The notes: generated from the letters alone by a model not told the origin. Shown: positions 1-10,246, counted from the stretch's first letter. The stretch: DNA of 64,000 nt from Patescibacteria group bacterium (GCA_041675145.1 JBAYUK010000001.1:11822-75821); one strand, 5' to 3'. Made by a program: numbers and translations.

Positions 1-264
1 ACAACGGTTTGGATGTTGATCCTGAACTGATGCGCTTGCATCGATGACGCATGCCTGGTTGGTGAGGCACACATCTTTGACGGCGACCTTGCCTGAGACA
101 TCCGTCATCCCAGCGGCTCCGTTGGGGATCCGTTCCGCATATTCGCGGTAGAACCTTCCTGAGAAGACTTCGGCCGTTTTTGTGTCGGCTTTGGCGGTGC
201 TGGTCATGCCAGCCACGAGTACGGTCAAAAGACCGGTGAAAACAATAAATCGGTTATTCTTCAT
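1..264 (-). CDS. Hypothetical secreted protein, 3' part outside the window
   Basis: Reverse-strand ATG at 264..262 with GGAGGG 4-5 nt upstream. N-terminus MKNNRFIVFTGLLTVLVAGMTSTAKA is a typical signal peptide. The ORF runs to the window edge. Confidence 0.4.
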   Translation of the reverse strand, partial: MKNNRFIVFTGLLTVLVAGMTSTAKADTKTAEVFSGRFYREYAERIPNGAAGMTDVSGKVAVKDVCLTNQACVIDASASVQDQHPNRC

Positions 265-739
265 CTTGCCCTCCTAAGGCAGTTTCTGTGATTTCGATCA
301 CATCTGAGGCTCGAGTTGCGCTCTCCGTGAGACTGTTCATCCTCTCTCGGCAGGATTCCCCGATGTCTCTCATGTATCTACTGCATTTGCTGGTTATTCT
401 GGTTGAAAGGGTGTGCATTCTTTGCGTGCAATCATTACCCAGAGCTTGCATTTTGACACTGCAGTTGTTTGTGACAACTTGCATGGCTTTTGCCCATTTC
501 TTGTCGCCATTATTCATGGCGTCCTTCCAAAGAGCTTCCACTTCATCGACTTCTTTAAGAAGACTCTTTTTTTGTGCTGCCAGTTTGGCAGGGCAAAGAT
601 CGACTGGTGATGACACCGTCTTCGGTTGAGATGCGACAGCGGTTGTATCCTTCGTTTGCTGGCTTCCCACTCGAATGCCGAGAAGAAAAGTTGCTCCTAT
701 ACAGAGAACGAGAAAGAACTTTGTAGTGTTGGTTAGCAT
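254..739 (-). CDS. Hypothetical secreted or membrane-anchored Cys-containing protein
   Basis: ORF 254..847 (-). The likely start is the internal ATG at 739, which has GGAGGG 7 nt upstream and begins MLTNTTKFFLVLCIGATFLLG (signal/TM). No recognisable family. Confidence 0.5.
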   Translation of the reverse strand: MLTNTTKFFLVLCIGATFLLGIRVGSQQTKDTTAVASQPKTVSSPVDLCPAKLAAQKKSLLKEVDEVEALWKDAMNNGDKKWAKAMQVVTNNCSVKMQALGNDCTQRMHTLSTRITSKCSRYMRDIGESCRERMNSLTESATRASDVIEITETALGGQDEE

Positions 740-1011
740 TTTAGCCCTCCTAAAGGCTAGTAGCTTTGTGCTACTGGTTGATGTTTGGGTTTTGAAGGAC
801 CGATAGGGAAGTGAGTGCCCTATTTGGTTTCCTAGATAATATAGCATAAAGTAGGCATAAAGTCAAGTATTTATTTCATAAAGTAGCTAGTGCATGAGGA
901 TGTGTGATTTGCTAGGTTTTACAGGAGTAGAAGAGGGAAGTGAGAGGTATTTGCAAGGAGGAGATATTTCCACTACAATAGGGAACAAATACTTACGATT
1001 AAAGCGATACT

Positions 1012-2325
1012 ATGAAATTACGCGCGAAATTGTGGCTAACGATGTTTGGTATTCTAATCCTCTCTATCCTGGCGGGGACAGTAACCTGGCCAAAGGGTCC
1101 AGACCTTAAAATAGGGTCATACAACCAGAAACTTGAGATCCACCAGGGTCTCGATCTTCGGGGTGGAACGCACCTTGTATACGAAGCGAATATGGAAAAG
1201 ATCCCAGAAAATGAGCGTGCAAATGCACTTGAGGGAATACAAACCGTTATTGACCGCCGTATTAACGCGCTAGGAGTAACTGAACCAGTCATTCAGACCA
1301 CCTCAGGTCTTGGACTGTACCGCGTTATTATTGAGCTTCCTGGTGTAACGGATGTGAATCAGGCAATAGACCTGATCGGACAGACTGCTCAGCTAGAATT
1401 TAGAGAGGGAATTGCTGGTAAGTCACTTTCTGCCGAAGGGCAACCACAGTCATACAGTATCGATGACTGGAAAGATATTGGACTAACCGGCGCTCGTTTC
1501 AAAAAAGCACAAGTACAGATTGATCAGCAGACCTTTAAGCCGATAATCTCGATCCAGTTTGACGACGAAGGAGCAGAGCTCTTCAGTCAAGCTACTTCAA
1601 GAAATGTCGGCAAGCCGATCGCTATCTTCTTGGATGGTGTGCCAATCTCAATTCCAAATGTGCAGACCGCAATTACTGGTGGTAATGCCGTCATTTCAGG
1701 ATCATTTACTGTAGACCAGGCGAAGAGCCTTTCTATTCAGCTTAATGCCGGAGCACTGCCAGTGCCAATTAAGCTGGTAGAACAGAGAAATGTTGGTGCG
1801 ACACTAGGGCAGGACAGTGTACATAAGAGCTTTGTAGCGGGGCTTATTGGTTTACTTGCAGTAGCGCTCTTTATGATTATCTACTACAGGCTGCCTGGTT
1901 TCCTTGCAGTTGTAGCGCTTGTTATCTACTCACTGTTCTTGATCGCTCTCTTTAAGCTTATCCCAGTTACTATGACGCTTGCCGGTATAGCAGGGTTTAT
2001 CTTGTCTATTGGTATGGCGGTGGATGCGAATATTCTAATCTTCGAGCGTATGCGTGAAGAGATGCGCCGTGGCCGACCATATAACACAGCTATTACAGCT
2101 GGGTTTGCTCGTGCCTGGACCTCTATTCGTGACTCAAACGCATCAAGTCTTATTACTTGTATTATTCTCTTTTACTTTGGTACCGGTATTATTAAAGGCT
2201 TTGCATTAACCCTAGCACTGGGAATTGTGGTTTCGATGTTTACTGCTATCACCGTTAGTCGTACGATGCTTATGGTGTTAATTGGTAAGAAGCTCGGAAG
2301 CAAGCAGTGGCTGTTTGGAAAATAG
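1012..2325 (+). CDS. secD: Protein translocase subunit SecD
   Basis: 437 aa with an N-terminal TM, the GLDLRGG and LEFR motifs, and a C-terminal 6-TM bundle. Immediately followed by secF. Confidence 0.9.
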   Translation: MKLRAKLWLTMFGILILSILAGTVTWPKGPDLKIGSYNQKLEIHQGLDLRGGTHLVYEANMEKIPENERANALEGIQTVIDRRINALGVTEPVIQTTSGLGLYRVIIELPGVTDVNQAIDLIGQTAQLEFREGIAGKSLSAEGQPQSYSIDDWKDIGLTGARFKKAQVQIDQQTFKPIISIQFDDEGAELFSQATSRNVGKPIAIFLDGVPISIPNVQTAITGGNAVISGSFTVDQAKSLSIQLNAGALPVPIKLVEQRNVGATLGQDSVHKSFVAGLIGLLAVALFMIIYYRLPGFLAVVALVIYSLFLIALFKLIPVTMTLAGIAGFILSIGMAVDANILIFERMREEMRRGRPYNTAITAGFARAWTSIRDSNASSLITCIILFYFGTGIIKGFALTLALGIVVSMFTAITVSRTMLMVLIGKKLGSKQWLFGK

Positions 2326-2351
2326 AACATTACATACTTCACTTAACTTAT

Positions 2352-3236
2352 ATGAAAATCATTCAGTATTGGAAATTATGGCTTGTTATCTCAGCACTCG
2401 TTACCATTCCAGGTCTGATCGGGCTGGGAGCATGGGGGCTCAATCTTGGTATCGACTTTGAGGGTGGAACGTTAATTGAAGTGCAGTTCCCCGGTAAGGA
2501 CTCGGTAAATATAGATGATGTAAAAGCAGTTTTTGAGAAACAGGGAATAGTAGGTGGACAGTATTCTACCACTGCAAGTAACACCATACTTGCCCGCACC
2601 CATACAATAGATACGACTAAGTACCGCGAACTTTCAGGTCAGCTTAAAGAAAAGATAGGGGAGACCAAAGAATTGCGTTTTGAAGTAGTAGGCCCTACAG
2701 TTTCCAGGGATCTAGCTCGCAAAGCAGTACTCGCTGTGATCTTTGCGTGTTTTGCAATCGTCCTGTATATTGCCTGGGCTTTCCGTACAGTGCCCCGGGA
2801 GTACAGCTCGTGGAAGTTTGGAATGAGTGCTATTGTAGCGCTTATTCACGACTTGCTGGTCGTAATTGGTATTTTTGCAATCCTAGGGCACTACTTACAT
2901 GTAGAAGTAGATAGCCTCTTTATTACTGCTCTTCTTACCGTACTTGGATTCTCAGTTCACGATACGATCGTAGTATTTGATAGAATCCGTGAAAATACGC
3001 GTCGTATGACCGGAGGCATTGCAGAAATTGCCAACCAGTCGATTGCAGAAACCATGGCTCGCTCGATCAACACTTCTGCTACCGTACTGTTTGCCTTGCT
3101 CGCACTCTTGCTCTTCGGCGGTAAGTCTATCTTCTGGTTCATCTTTGCACTCACCATTGGAATTGTAACTGGTACCTACAGTTCAATCTTCGTTGCTTCA
3201 GTTGCAGTTGTCCTCTGGCATAAGAAGGCAAAATAG
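2352..3236 (+). CDS. secF: Protein translocase subunit SecF
   Basis: GIDFEGGT motif and a C-terminal TM bundle homologous to SecD. Start set at MKIIQYW (ATG 2352) rather than the overlapping upstream ATG at 2307. Confidence 0.85.
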   Translation: MKIIQYWKLWLVISALVTIPGLIGLGAWGLNLGIDFEGGTLIEVQFPGKDSVNIDDVKAVFEKQGIVGGQYSTTASNTILARTHTIDTTKYRELSGQLKEKIGETKELRFEVVGPTVSRDLARKAVLAVIFACFAIVLYIAWAFRTVPREYSSWKFGMSAIVALIHDLLVVIGIFAILGHYLHVEVDSLFITALLTVLGFSVHDTIVVFDRIRENTRRMTGGIAEIANQSIAETMARSINTSATVLFALLALLLFGGKSIFWFIFALTIGIVTGTYSSIFVASVAVVLWHKKAK

Positions 3237-3271
3237 TATAGGTTGGGTACATACACAGAACATATAAACAC

Positions 3272-3631
3272 ATGCTATACATTATCGTTGGGTTATTAGT
3301 TGGAGTGCTGGCAGGAGCGGTGTTACCGTTTAATATCCCTATTGAGTATGCGCAGTACTCAGCAGTTGCCATCCTGGCATTGATTGACTCGTTGGTGCAG
3401 GCTTTAACGAACCAGATCGAGGGGCGGTATAACCTGATTCACTTTGTCTTTAATCTCGTTTTCTACAGTATTATTGCCATCTTCTTCGTGTATCTGGGTA
3501 CTAAGATGAACCTGGATCTGTATCTGGGTATCATCATAGTCTTCTTGCTACGCATTATGCAGAACGTGGAAATGCTCAGAGAGTACTACTTCCACCGGCT
3601 ATTTAAAGACAAACGAGAAAAGGAGGGGTAA
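3272..3631 (+). CDS. DUF1290 small basic membrane protein (Sbp-like)
   Basis: 119 aa, about 3 TM. Closely parallels B. subtilis Sbp: 'LVGVLAGAVLPFNIPIEYAQYSAVAILALID' matches 'GLVLGIALGLMTNLTIPSEYSNYLSIAVLAALD', and both have a basic C-terminus. Confidence 0.6.
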   Translation: MLYIIVGLLVGVLAGAVLPFNIPIEYAQYSAVAILALIDSLVQALTNQIEGRYNLIHFVFNLVFYSIIAIFFVYLGTKMNLDLYLGIIIVFLLRIMQNVEMLREYYFHRLFKDKREKEG

Positions 3632-3662
3632 CACCCCTTCTTTTTCTATGTGGAGAATATCG

Positions 3663-3691
3663 TTGACAATATTTTCCATAGTATGTATAAT
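3663..3691 (+). promoter_or_regulatory. Perfect sigma-70 consensus promoter
   Basis: TTGACA at 3663-3668, a 17-nt spacer, then TATAAT at 3686-3691. It lies 72 nt upstream of the 3764 start codon. Confidence 0.55.
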
Positions 3692-3763
3692 AGACCATAT
3701 CGTTGCAAATCGGACAATATTTATCATTGTATCTAAACTGTAATACCAGCGAAGTTTACGCAT

Positions 3764-4861
3764 ATGACACAAGGGGAAGCAACTAAACTTGATGCTATCG
3801 CAGCATTCCAAATGAAGGATGCGCATTTTACCAAATTTGCGCGTGATTTGATTTCTCATCTGAAGGAAAAGCAACAGAAGGTGCTTATGAAGCGTTTTGG
3901 TCTCTCGGGACGCAAGCGTGTAACACTTGATGCTATCGGACGAGAGTTTGGTGTTACTCGTGAACGAGTACGCCAGATTGAAGCTGCTTCTATTACGAAA
4001 CTCAAAAAAATCGCAAAGCTCGAGCACAATCAGGGAACATTTGACCGTATCGTAAAAATCCTTGAAGCTCATGGTGGAGCAATGACTGAGGAATCTTTTG
4101 TAAACTCTCTTATTTATGACTTGGATGACAAGCGCATGGATGAGATGAAAAAGATGATCGGTTTTATTCTTCTTCTTTCAGAGGATGTACATGAAATCCC
4201 TGAAAACGATCATACTCGTGCAGGTTTTGCCTTGAAGAAGTACCACCCAACGATGGTAGCCGACCTTGCGCGTGCCTACACTGAAATTTTAGAATCTCGT
4301 CGTGAAGTGATGGGTGACGAAATCCTTATGCAGGAGATTCTAACTCATAAGGTACATGCGAAGTATGTAAAAGACATCACGCCACAGCTCCTACAGTCGG
4401 TAATCGGCCTCTCACGCCTCATTCACACCCATGATGATGGTAAGAAGGGTCTTGTAACCTGGCCATGGGTTAAGCCTCGTACAATCCGTGACAAGATATT
4501 CTATGTCTTGTCTAAGTCTGGCGAGCCAATGCATTTCTCAGATATCGCAACTGCTATTGAACAGCTTCCGTTTGATAACAAGTCAGTGACGGTTCAGACG
4601 GTTCACAACGAACTGATCTCAGATAACCGTTTTGTCCTAGTAGGACGCGGTCTGTACGGCCTTTCTCACTGGGGATTTGAACCAGGAACGGTTGAGGATG
4701 TGATTGCGAAGATTATGGAAAGCCACGGTACGCCACTTGACCAGAACACACTCGTTGAAGAGGTACTTAAGAAAAAGAAGGTTAAAAAAGCCACAATCTT
4801 GATAAATCTTCAGAGTTCAAAGAAATTCAAAAAAACTAAAGAAGGCTATATATTCGCCTAA
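3764..4861 (+). CDS. Sigma-70 region-4 (HTH) domain protein with an unknown C-terminal domain
   Basis: The N-terminal 'LMKRFGLSGRKRVTLDAIGREFGVTRERVRQIEAASITKLKK' is a canonical sigma-70 region 4.2 HTH. There is no region 2, and the remaining ~280 aa are unassigned. Confidence 0.6.
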   Translation: MTQGEATKLDAIAAFQMKDAHFTKFARDLISHLKEKQQKVLMKRFGLSGRKRVTLDAIGREFGVTRERVRQIEAASITKLKKIAKLEHNQGTFDRIVKILEAHGGAMTEESFVNSLIYDLDDKRMDEMKKMIGFILLLSEDVHEIPENDHTRAGFALKKYHPTMVADLARAYTEILESRREVMGDEILMQEILTHKVHAKYVKDITPQLLQSVIGLSRLIHTHDDGKKGLVTWPWVKPRTIRDKIFYVLSKSGEPMHFSDIATAIEQLPFDNKSVTVQTVHNELISDNRFVLVGRGLYGLSHWGFEPGTVEDVIAKIMESHGTPLDQNTLVEEVLKKKKVKKATILINLQSSKKFKKTKEGYIFA

Positions 4862-4883
4862 AAAGATGAAGACAACATGAGGG

Positions 4884-4930
4884 GGAGCGCAGGATAACTT
4901 GAAAGGGTTATGTGCGCTCCTTTTTCTTAT
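4884..4930 (+). terminator. Rho-independent terminator
   Basis: Imperfect 15-bp stem ggagcgcaggataac / ggttatgtgcgctcc with loop ttgaaag, followed by tttttcttattt. Confidence 0.55.
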
Positions 4931-4997
4931 TTGAAATCAGGCGTTAAGGGCATATAATAAAAAGACACTGTGTATTACTGGGTGCAATTTTTAACTT

Positions 4998-7832
4998 TTG
5001 TATATAATGGCAGACTTCTCTCCTGAAACGTTCTATATGTCGCTTGGTCAGCTGATCTTCTGGATCATCTTTTTTGGTGGCATCTATTTCACCTTCAAGC
5101 TGTTTGCAGCAGCATACTCAAAACGACGCAAAAGGTTTTGGTTGGTGAAGCAGAAATACACTACCTTACTTATTCAGGTGCCGCGTAACAACGAGAAGGG
5201 CCCCCAGTCTGCACAGTTTTTCTTTGCCTCACTCCATGGTATTTACAAGAATGCCAAAGAACGCCTTCAAGAAGGGTCTTTCCAGGAACATATTAGTTTC
5301 GAGATTGTCTCTATCGCGAAATACATTCGCTTCTATATCCATGTCCCGGAGCACCTCAAAGACTTTATTGAGGGACAGCTCTATGCTCAGTATCCCAATG
5401 TTGAGATCAAGCAGGTAGAGGACTATACCTTAACGAAAAGACCAGACGGCCTACACTTTGCAGGAACAGAGCTTGTGCTATCGAAAAAGGACTACTACCC
5501 AATAAATACCTTCCAGAACTTTGAAGTCGACCCGCTGGCGGGAATTACGGGAGTACTAGCTCAAGTTGAAGACGGGGAGCAGATTTGGGCACAGGTTCTT
5601 GCTCGTCCAATCGGCGACTCATGGCAGAAGGGAGCGTTTGCGCATATTTCTCAACTCAAGAGTGGTAAAAAATTCGCCATTTCAGGTAATGGCCTTATAC
5701 CAAAAGCATTTAGTTTTCTGGTGATACTTTTAAAGGCTCTTTTTACTCCACCAACTGATAGTAAGGCTGCACCACCCAAGCTCCCAGGGCCTGTAGAGCA
5801 GGCTATTAAGGCAATTGAAGAAAAGTCTACCAAGCTTGGGTACGAGATTGTGATTCGTATTATGTTCTTATCTAAAAAAGAACCTGAGGCAATGAAGCTC
5901 AAACTCCAGTCTATTGCTGGTGCGTTCAAGCAGTTTAATGCCTCGAACTTAAACGGTTTTGCCTATAAGGGGATATCTCTGGATGACCCAGAGTTTCTAA
6001 ACTCATTTCAGACTCGCAACTTTGAGAAAAAAGGCTTTATTTTAAACATTGAAGAACTCGCTTCTGTGTACCACTTGCCAACCGTCTCGGTTGAAACCCC
6101 AAGTATTGTCTGGGCAGGAAGCAAAAAGGGTGAGCCACCTGCAACGCTGCCTATAGAGGGTGTGGTAGGTCCAGATATTCTAACGGTCTTTGGTCGTACC
6201 AACTTCCGTGGTGAAACGGTTAAGTTTGGTATGAAGTTAAATGACCGCCGTCGTCACATGTATATTGTAGGTCAAACCGGTACGGGTAAATCTACCATGA
6301 TTGAAAACATGGCAATTGACGATATCCGAGAAGGCCGTGGTTTGGCTATTTTGGATCCACACGGATCACTGATTGACAACATCATGAAATATATCCCGGA
6401 TCATCGTATCGATGATGTTGTTATCTTTAACCCAGGAGATAAAGAACACTCAGTTGGTTTCAATTTACTTGAAAGTATCAACGACGAGCAACGCGAGATC
6501 GTGGCTTCAGGTATTATGAGTATTTTCAAAAAGATCTGGGAGAATGTGTGGTCTGCTCGTATGGAATACATCATGAAGAATATCATTCTGGCTTTGATGG
6601 AAACACCAGGATCTACCTTCCTGGGGGCAACTAAAATGTTGATTAATAAGGATTACCGTAAATATATTGTAGATAATGTCACTGACCCATTAGTTAAAGA
6701 ATACTGGGTGGATGAGTTTGAAGGACAGGTAAAAAATAACGCTAAATTTATTACGGAGGCAGTTGCCCCGATTCAAAATAAGATCGGACAGTTCTTGGCA
6801 GTGCCATCGGTGCGTTCTATTGTGGGACAAGGGAAAAGTACCATAGATATCAAAGACATCATGGATAACAAGAAGATCTTCTTGATCAAGATCTCGAAAG
6901 GAGAAATCGGAGAAGATAACATGCGTCTTCTTGGAGCGATGATCATCACCAAGATTCAGTTAACCGCGATGGCTCGTGCTGGTATTCCTGAAGACCAGTT
7001 GTCTGACTTCTTTCTTTATGTAGACGAGTTCCAGAACTTTGCTACCTCATCATTTGCAGACATTCTTTCAGAGGCTCGTAAGTACCGTTTGAGTCTAATT
7101 ATTGCGCACCAGTTCATGGCGCAGATGACCGACGACATCCGCGAGGCGGTGGTAGGTAACGTTGGTACCGCTATTGCGTTTCGTGTAGGAGCAAACGATC
7201 CTCCGCTTCTCGTGCGTCTTTTCGCACCTGTCTTTGATGAGAGCGATCTAGTTAATTTAAGCAACTACCATATTTATGTGAAGCTTCTTGTAGATGGACA
7301 GGTCAACTTGCCGTTCTCAGCAACTACTCTTGCTCGTGAAGAAAGACAGGAGACGAATAATGTAGAGAAAATCATTGCACTCTCTCGCTCAAAGTACACC
7401 AAGCCTCGCTCTGAGGTAGAGCAGGATATTCTTACCTGGAGTACCAGTATGTCGGATGTTAAGAATACTCCAAAGGTAGGTAACGGCGAGATGGGGGAAA
7501 CTATAGCGGTAGCTGCTGATGGCACTATTGAAGTTATTCCAGCGAAGCCCAAGATAGCGTACCGTGAACTCAAAGATAAAAAGGGTGGGATCTGGTACTT
7601 GAGAAAAAAGAAAGACGCAGCAGGGGAGGGAGAAGAAGTGCAAAACACTATACCACCTGAAAAGAATGCAACTCAGCAAGAGGTGACAGACGCCAACGAG
7701 AATATACAGGAAGTAGAAATAGCGCCGCACGAAGTAGCGGAACGAGAAATTCATGATGATCTTAAGGATCTAGACTTCGGTTCTAAAAAAGATACTGGCG
7801 AGATCAAAATTGGGCAGGAGATAGAGCTATAA
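4998..7832 (+). CDS. Membrane-anchored TrwB/TraD/VirD4-superfamily P-loop ATPase (type IV coupling-protein-like), paralog A
   Basis: 944 aa. One N-terminal TM (LIFWIIFFGGIYFTFKLF). A ~400-aa N-terminal domain precedes 'MYIVGQTGTGKSTM...AILDPHGSLID...VVIFNPGDKEHSVGFNLLE', which parallels R388 TrwB 'GATGTGKS...VIVDPNGD...IILNP'. Walker B-like 'LYVDEFQNF' and an acidic C-terminal tail. Confidence 0.6.
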   Translation: MYIMADFSPETFYMSLGQLIFWIIFFGGIYFTFKLFAAAYSKRRKRFWLVKQKYTTLLIQVPRNNEKGPQSAQFFFASLHGIYKNAKERLQEGSFQEHISFEIVSIAKYIRFYIHVPEHLKDFIEGQLYAQYPNVEIKQVEDYTLTKRPDGLHFAGTELVLSKKDYYPINTFQNFEVDPLAGITGVLAQVEDGEQIWAQVLARPIGDSWQKGAFAHISQLKSGKKFAISGNGLIPKAFSFLVILLKALFTPPTDSKAAPPKLPGPVEQAIKAIEEKSTKLGYEIVIRIMFLSKKEPEAMKLKLQSIAGAFKQFNASNLNGFAYKGISLDDPEFLNSFQTRNFEKKGFILNIEELASVYHLPTVSVETPSIVWAGSKKGEPPATLPIEGVVGPDILTVFGRTNFRGETVKFGMKLNDRRRHMYIVGQTGTGKSTMIENMAIDDIREGRGLAILDPHGSLIDNIMKYIPDHRIDDVVIFNPGDKEHSVGFNLLESINDEQREIVASGIMSIFKKIWENVWSARMEYIMKNIILALMETPGSTFLGATKMLINKDYRKYIVDNVTDPLVKEYWVDEFEGQVKNNAKFITEAVAPIQNKIGQFLAVPSVRSIVGQGKSTIDIKDIMDNKKIFLIKISKGEIGEDNMRLLGAMIITKIQLTAMARAGIPEDQLSDFFLYVDEFQNFATSSFADILSEARKYRLSLIIAHQFMAQMTDDIREAVVGNVGTAIAFRVGANDPPLLVRLFAPVFDESDLVNLSNYHIYVKLLVDGQVNLPFSATTLAREERQETNNVEKIIALSRSKYTKPRSEVEQDILTWSTSMSDVKNTPKVGNGEMGETIAVAADGTIEVIPAKPKIAYRELKDKKGGIWYLRKKKDAAGEGEEVQNTIPPEKNATQQEVTDANENIQEVEIAPHEVAEREIHDDLKDLDFGSKKDTGEIKIGQEIEL

Positions 7833-7868
7833 AACAGCAGACAGTGCTATATGGGATAGATGAAAAAA

Positions 7869-7897
7869 TACAGAGACACTCCCTCTGTATTTTTTGT
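7869..7897 (+). terminator. Rho-independent terminator
   Basis: Hairpin acagag-acactcc-ctctgt followed by a T7 run. Confidence 0.6.
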
Positions 7898-7991
7898 TAT
7901 TTATCTTTACTTTTATACACGAATGGTATATAATCTACAATACTAATACAAATATGATCTTTAAATCTTCAGACACAGAAAGGAAGGGGAA

Positions 7992-8315
7992 ATGGCCGAC
8001 GCACATAAACGAGCGCTCGAAAAAGCGCTTGCTATGCTTCGGGAAATAAACCCCAAGCATCCACTACTTAAACTACATTACGATCCACTTACTTTAGTGG
8101 ACGAGAAAGGCTACATGGATCAGGAAACATTGTCAGCTAAGAGAAAGAAACTAGCTGATCATCTCTGGCCATGGCCAAAAGAAGAGGGGACTGCTTGGAG
8201 TAACCTCAAGCCTGAGGTACTCTACATTATGCTGGATACTCTCTACTACTCAGCAGTAATGCGAGCAATCACAGAAAGTAAAATAACACAACCTACGCGG
8301 CAGAAGATGCCGTAA
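7992..8315 (+). CDS. Hypothetical protein (107 aa)
   Basis: ORF with GGAAGGGGA upstream of the ATG; no known family. Confidence 0.5.
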   Translation: MADAHKRALEKALAMLREINPKHPLLKLHYDPLTLVDEKGYMDQETLSAKRKKLADHLWPWPKEEGTAWSNLKPEVLYIMLDTLYYSAVMRAITESKITQPTRQKMP

Positions 8316-8342
8316 TTCAAAAAAAGGAAGAAGGAAAGAACG

Positions 8343-9263
8343 ATGATTGAACAATTCAACGAACACCGGTGGCTTATTGCTAGTTTTCTCTTAGCCATGG
8401 TCGTGATGTATGATGTGGTTCTTAAGCTAAGTAAGCTCTCAAAGACCCTAAAGGCCGCAAGGGTACAAAGGGTAATTGATAAAGAGCGTAGGAGACAGTA
8501 TGACTCAAGGATGAATAGGCTTCACATGAAAAGAAGTGAAAATGAGAGAATGATGCAGAGCACTACGCCTTCCGAGATAAGGAAAATACTGATAAATCTA
8601 GATATTCCTAATCTACAGGTTATCAGCCCGCGTGACGAAGACAATGAGATGTTGTTTAGTAGCATCTTCGCAGAAGGCTACCTGGAAGTAGTTGGAAGGA
8701 CCGATGCAGATATTTTACAAGGTTTACTTCCAACAAATGAATACCGCTTGCATCCCACGATGGTTGCAACACGGAAAGCGACTTTTCCTTCCACAGAAGG
8801 GGTGTTTACTACTCTTGAGTTTAAGATGGGTAACCAGCCGAAAGGGATTGCGCTAAGCTTCATGCGGGAAGAGTTTGAGGGTCACGAGTATCTGCGGGTT
8901 CTGATCTTATCCTTTTTCTTCTCCGAGCTATACGAATTGTACGAGCTTGGAGATGGCAAAAGGATTCAGGAGGTGTTCAAGCAGATTGAAGAACGCTTTA
9001 TGTTCGCGCTACGCATCACTCCGACTGCTGGTGGACAAAAGGATATCAATCAGTACTACCGCGACATGTGGTTTCCACTGGCAACCCGTTGGCTGACTCG
9101 TCTTATCAAGAAGTCTAGCCCCATTGCTGTTGAGCAGTATGCAACTGACATCTGGATTGCGATGATGGACAAGATGAATGGGGCGCGTGATCATGTCTGG
9201 GATAAAAGCGTCTCAGCACACTATACTGGGGACATAGTTCCCAGTTATGAAACTCTGAAATGA
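8343..9263 (+). CDS. Hypothetical membrane-anchored protein, paralog 1 of a 3-member family
   Basis: 306 aa with a single N-terminal TM (WLIASFLLAMVVMYDVVL). Shares 'EFEGHEYLRVLILSFFF', 'ITPTAGG...WFPLATRWL' and 'DIWIAMMDKMNG' blocks with the proteins at 9265 and 11561. Confidence 0.55.
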   Translation: MIEQFNEHRWLIASFLLAMVVMYDVVLKLSKLSKTLKAARVQRVIDKERRRQYDSRMNRLHMKRSENERMMQSTTPSEIRKILINLDIPNLQVISPRDEDNEMLFSSIFAEGYLEVVGRTDADILQGLLPTNEYRLHPTMVATRKATFPSTEGVFTTLEFKMGNQPKGIALSFMREEFEGHEYLRVLILSFFFSELYELYELGDGKRIQEVFKQIEERFMFALRITPTAGGQKDINQYYRDMWFPLATRWLTRLIKKSSPIAVEQYATDIWIAMMDKMNGARDHVWDKSVSAHYTGDIVPSYETLK

Positions 9264-9264
9264 A

Positions 9265-10221
9265 ATGAGGGTTGATATGGAACAAGCACAACAACTACTT
9301 CATCAGTGGATGGAGTCTAAAGACTTTTGGTGGCAGTCGATTCTTCTGACATTCCTCATCGCAGCAACCTTCATCATGTGGTCACTTGCTTTTGGCGCAT
9401 TTCTTGCTGCCAGAAGAAAGAGGAAAGACAAAAAAAGAACAAAAGAGGCAATATACCAGACCTACCAGGAGACCTTTCGAAGGATGGAAAACGACAAAGA
9501 AAAGATCACTGAGGAAAAGGGGAAGGAAGCTATGGATGTTTTTGTTTCCTACCTTGATCTCTTCAGGATCAAGGGCATCTTTATTGCGCCATCCAATCGA
9601 CCTTTCTGGGAAGCATGGAAACATGGAACTGTTGAAATTGTTCGCAGTTATGACCAGGAAAAGATTCAAAACGGAGCTGTTCCTGAAGTGAAGTACATCC
9701 ATGATTCTCAAAAGCTGGTCTCGATTAGGGCTGAAGTAGGAGAAGAGGATAATGTGACCATTGCATTTCCAGTAAGTCACAACAAGAGAATAGAGCTCAC
9801 CTTTGTTCCTCAGGAGCTTGAATTTCATGAGTACCTCAGGATTATGATGCTTGCTCTGTTCTACCGCTTTTTCACAAGCTGCGAAAAATATACCGTGAAA
9901 AGGCTCAACGATGACCATGTCAAAAGCGTGATGGACAGGATTGAAGACAAGCTCTGTTACACCATCACAATCGCCCCTGTAGCAGGACATGTAGAGATTG
10001 AAAAACTGAAGCTTTTTTACGCGAAGACCTGGTGGCCCGAGGTGAGAGCTGCACTAGAGAGCATGAGCGGACAAAGCTGGGCAGACAGGCACATCGAAGA
10101 ATACGAACATATTGCCATCTACCTCTGGGTTCGGCTCATGAACTTCCATTATGGAGAAGATGATCGAAACCGCTGGAGACTGGTGGCCTTTTCTCATCTC
10201 ATGAGGGGATGGAATGTGTAG
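9265..10221 (+). CDS. Hypothetical membrane-anchored protein, paralog 2
   Basis: 318 aa. N-terminal TM (ILLTFLIAATFIMWSLAFGAFL), then 'ELEFHEYLRIMMLALFY', 'IAPVAGH...WWPEVRAAL' and 'IAIYLWVRLMNFHYG'. Start abuts the stop of paralog 1. Confidence 0.55.
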   Translation: MRVDMEQAQQLLHQWMESKDFWWQSILLTFLIAATFIMWSLAFGAFLAARRKRKDKKRTKEAIYQTYQETFRRMENDKEKITEEKGKEAMDVFVSYLDLFRIKGIFIAPSNRPFWEAWKHGTVEIVRSYDQEKIQNGAVPEVKYIHDSQKLVSIRAEVGEEDNVTIAFPVSHNKRIELTFVPQELEFHEYLRIMMLALFYRFFTSCEKYTVKRLNDDHVKSVMDRIEDKLCYTITIAPVAGHVEIEKLKLFYAKTWWPEVRAALESMSGQSWADRHIEEYEHIAIYLWVRLMNFHYGEDDRNRWRLVAFSHLMRGWNV

Positions 10222-10246
10222 CTCCCTCATATACAAACAACGACTG

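Noticed and set aside
894-1109. 71-aa ORF overlapping the secD start
   Set aside because: Overlaps the secD 5' end in another frame, has no RBS, and lies in the promoter/leader region of secD.
9382-9990. 202-aa ORF antisense within paralog 2 (9265..10221)
   Set aside because: Fully nested antisense to a gene whose product has conserved paralogs. Low-complexity, Phe/Cys-rich translation.
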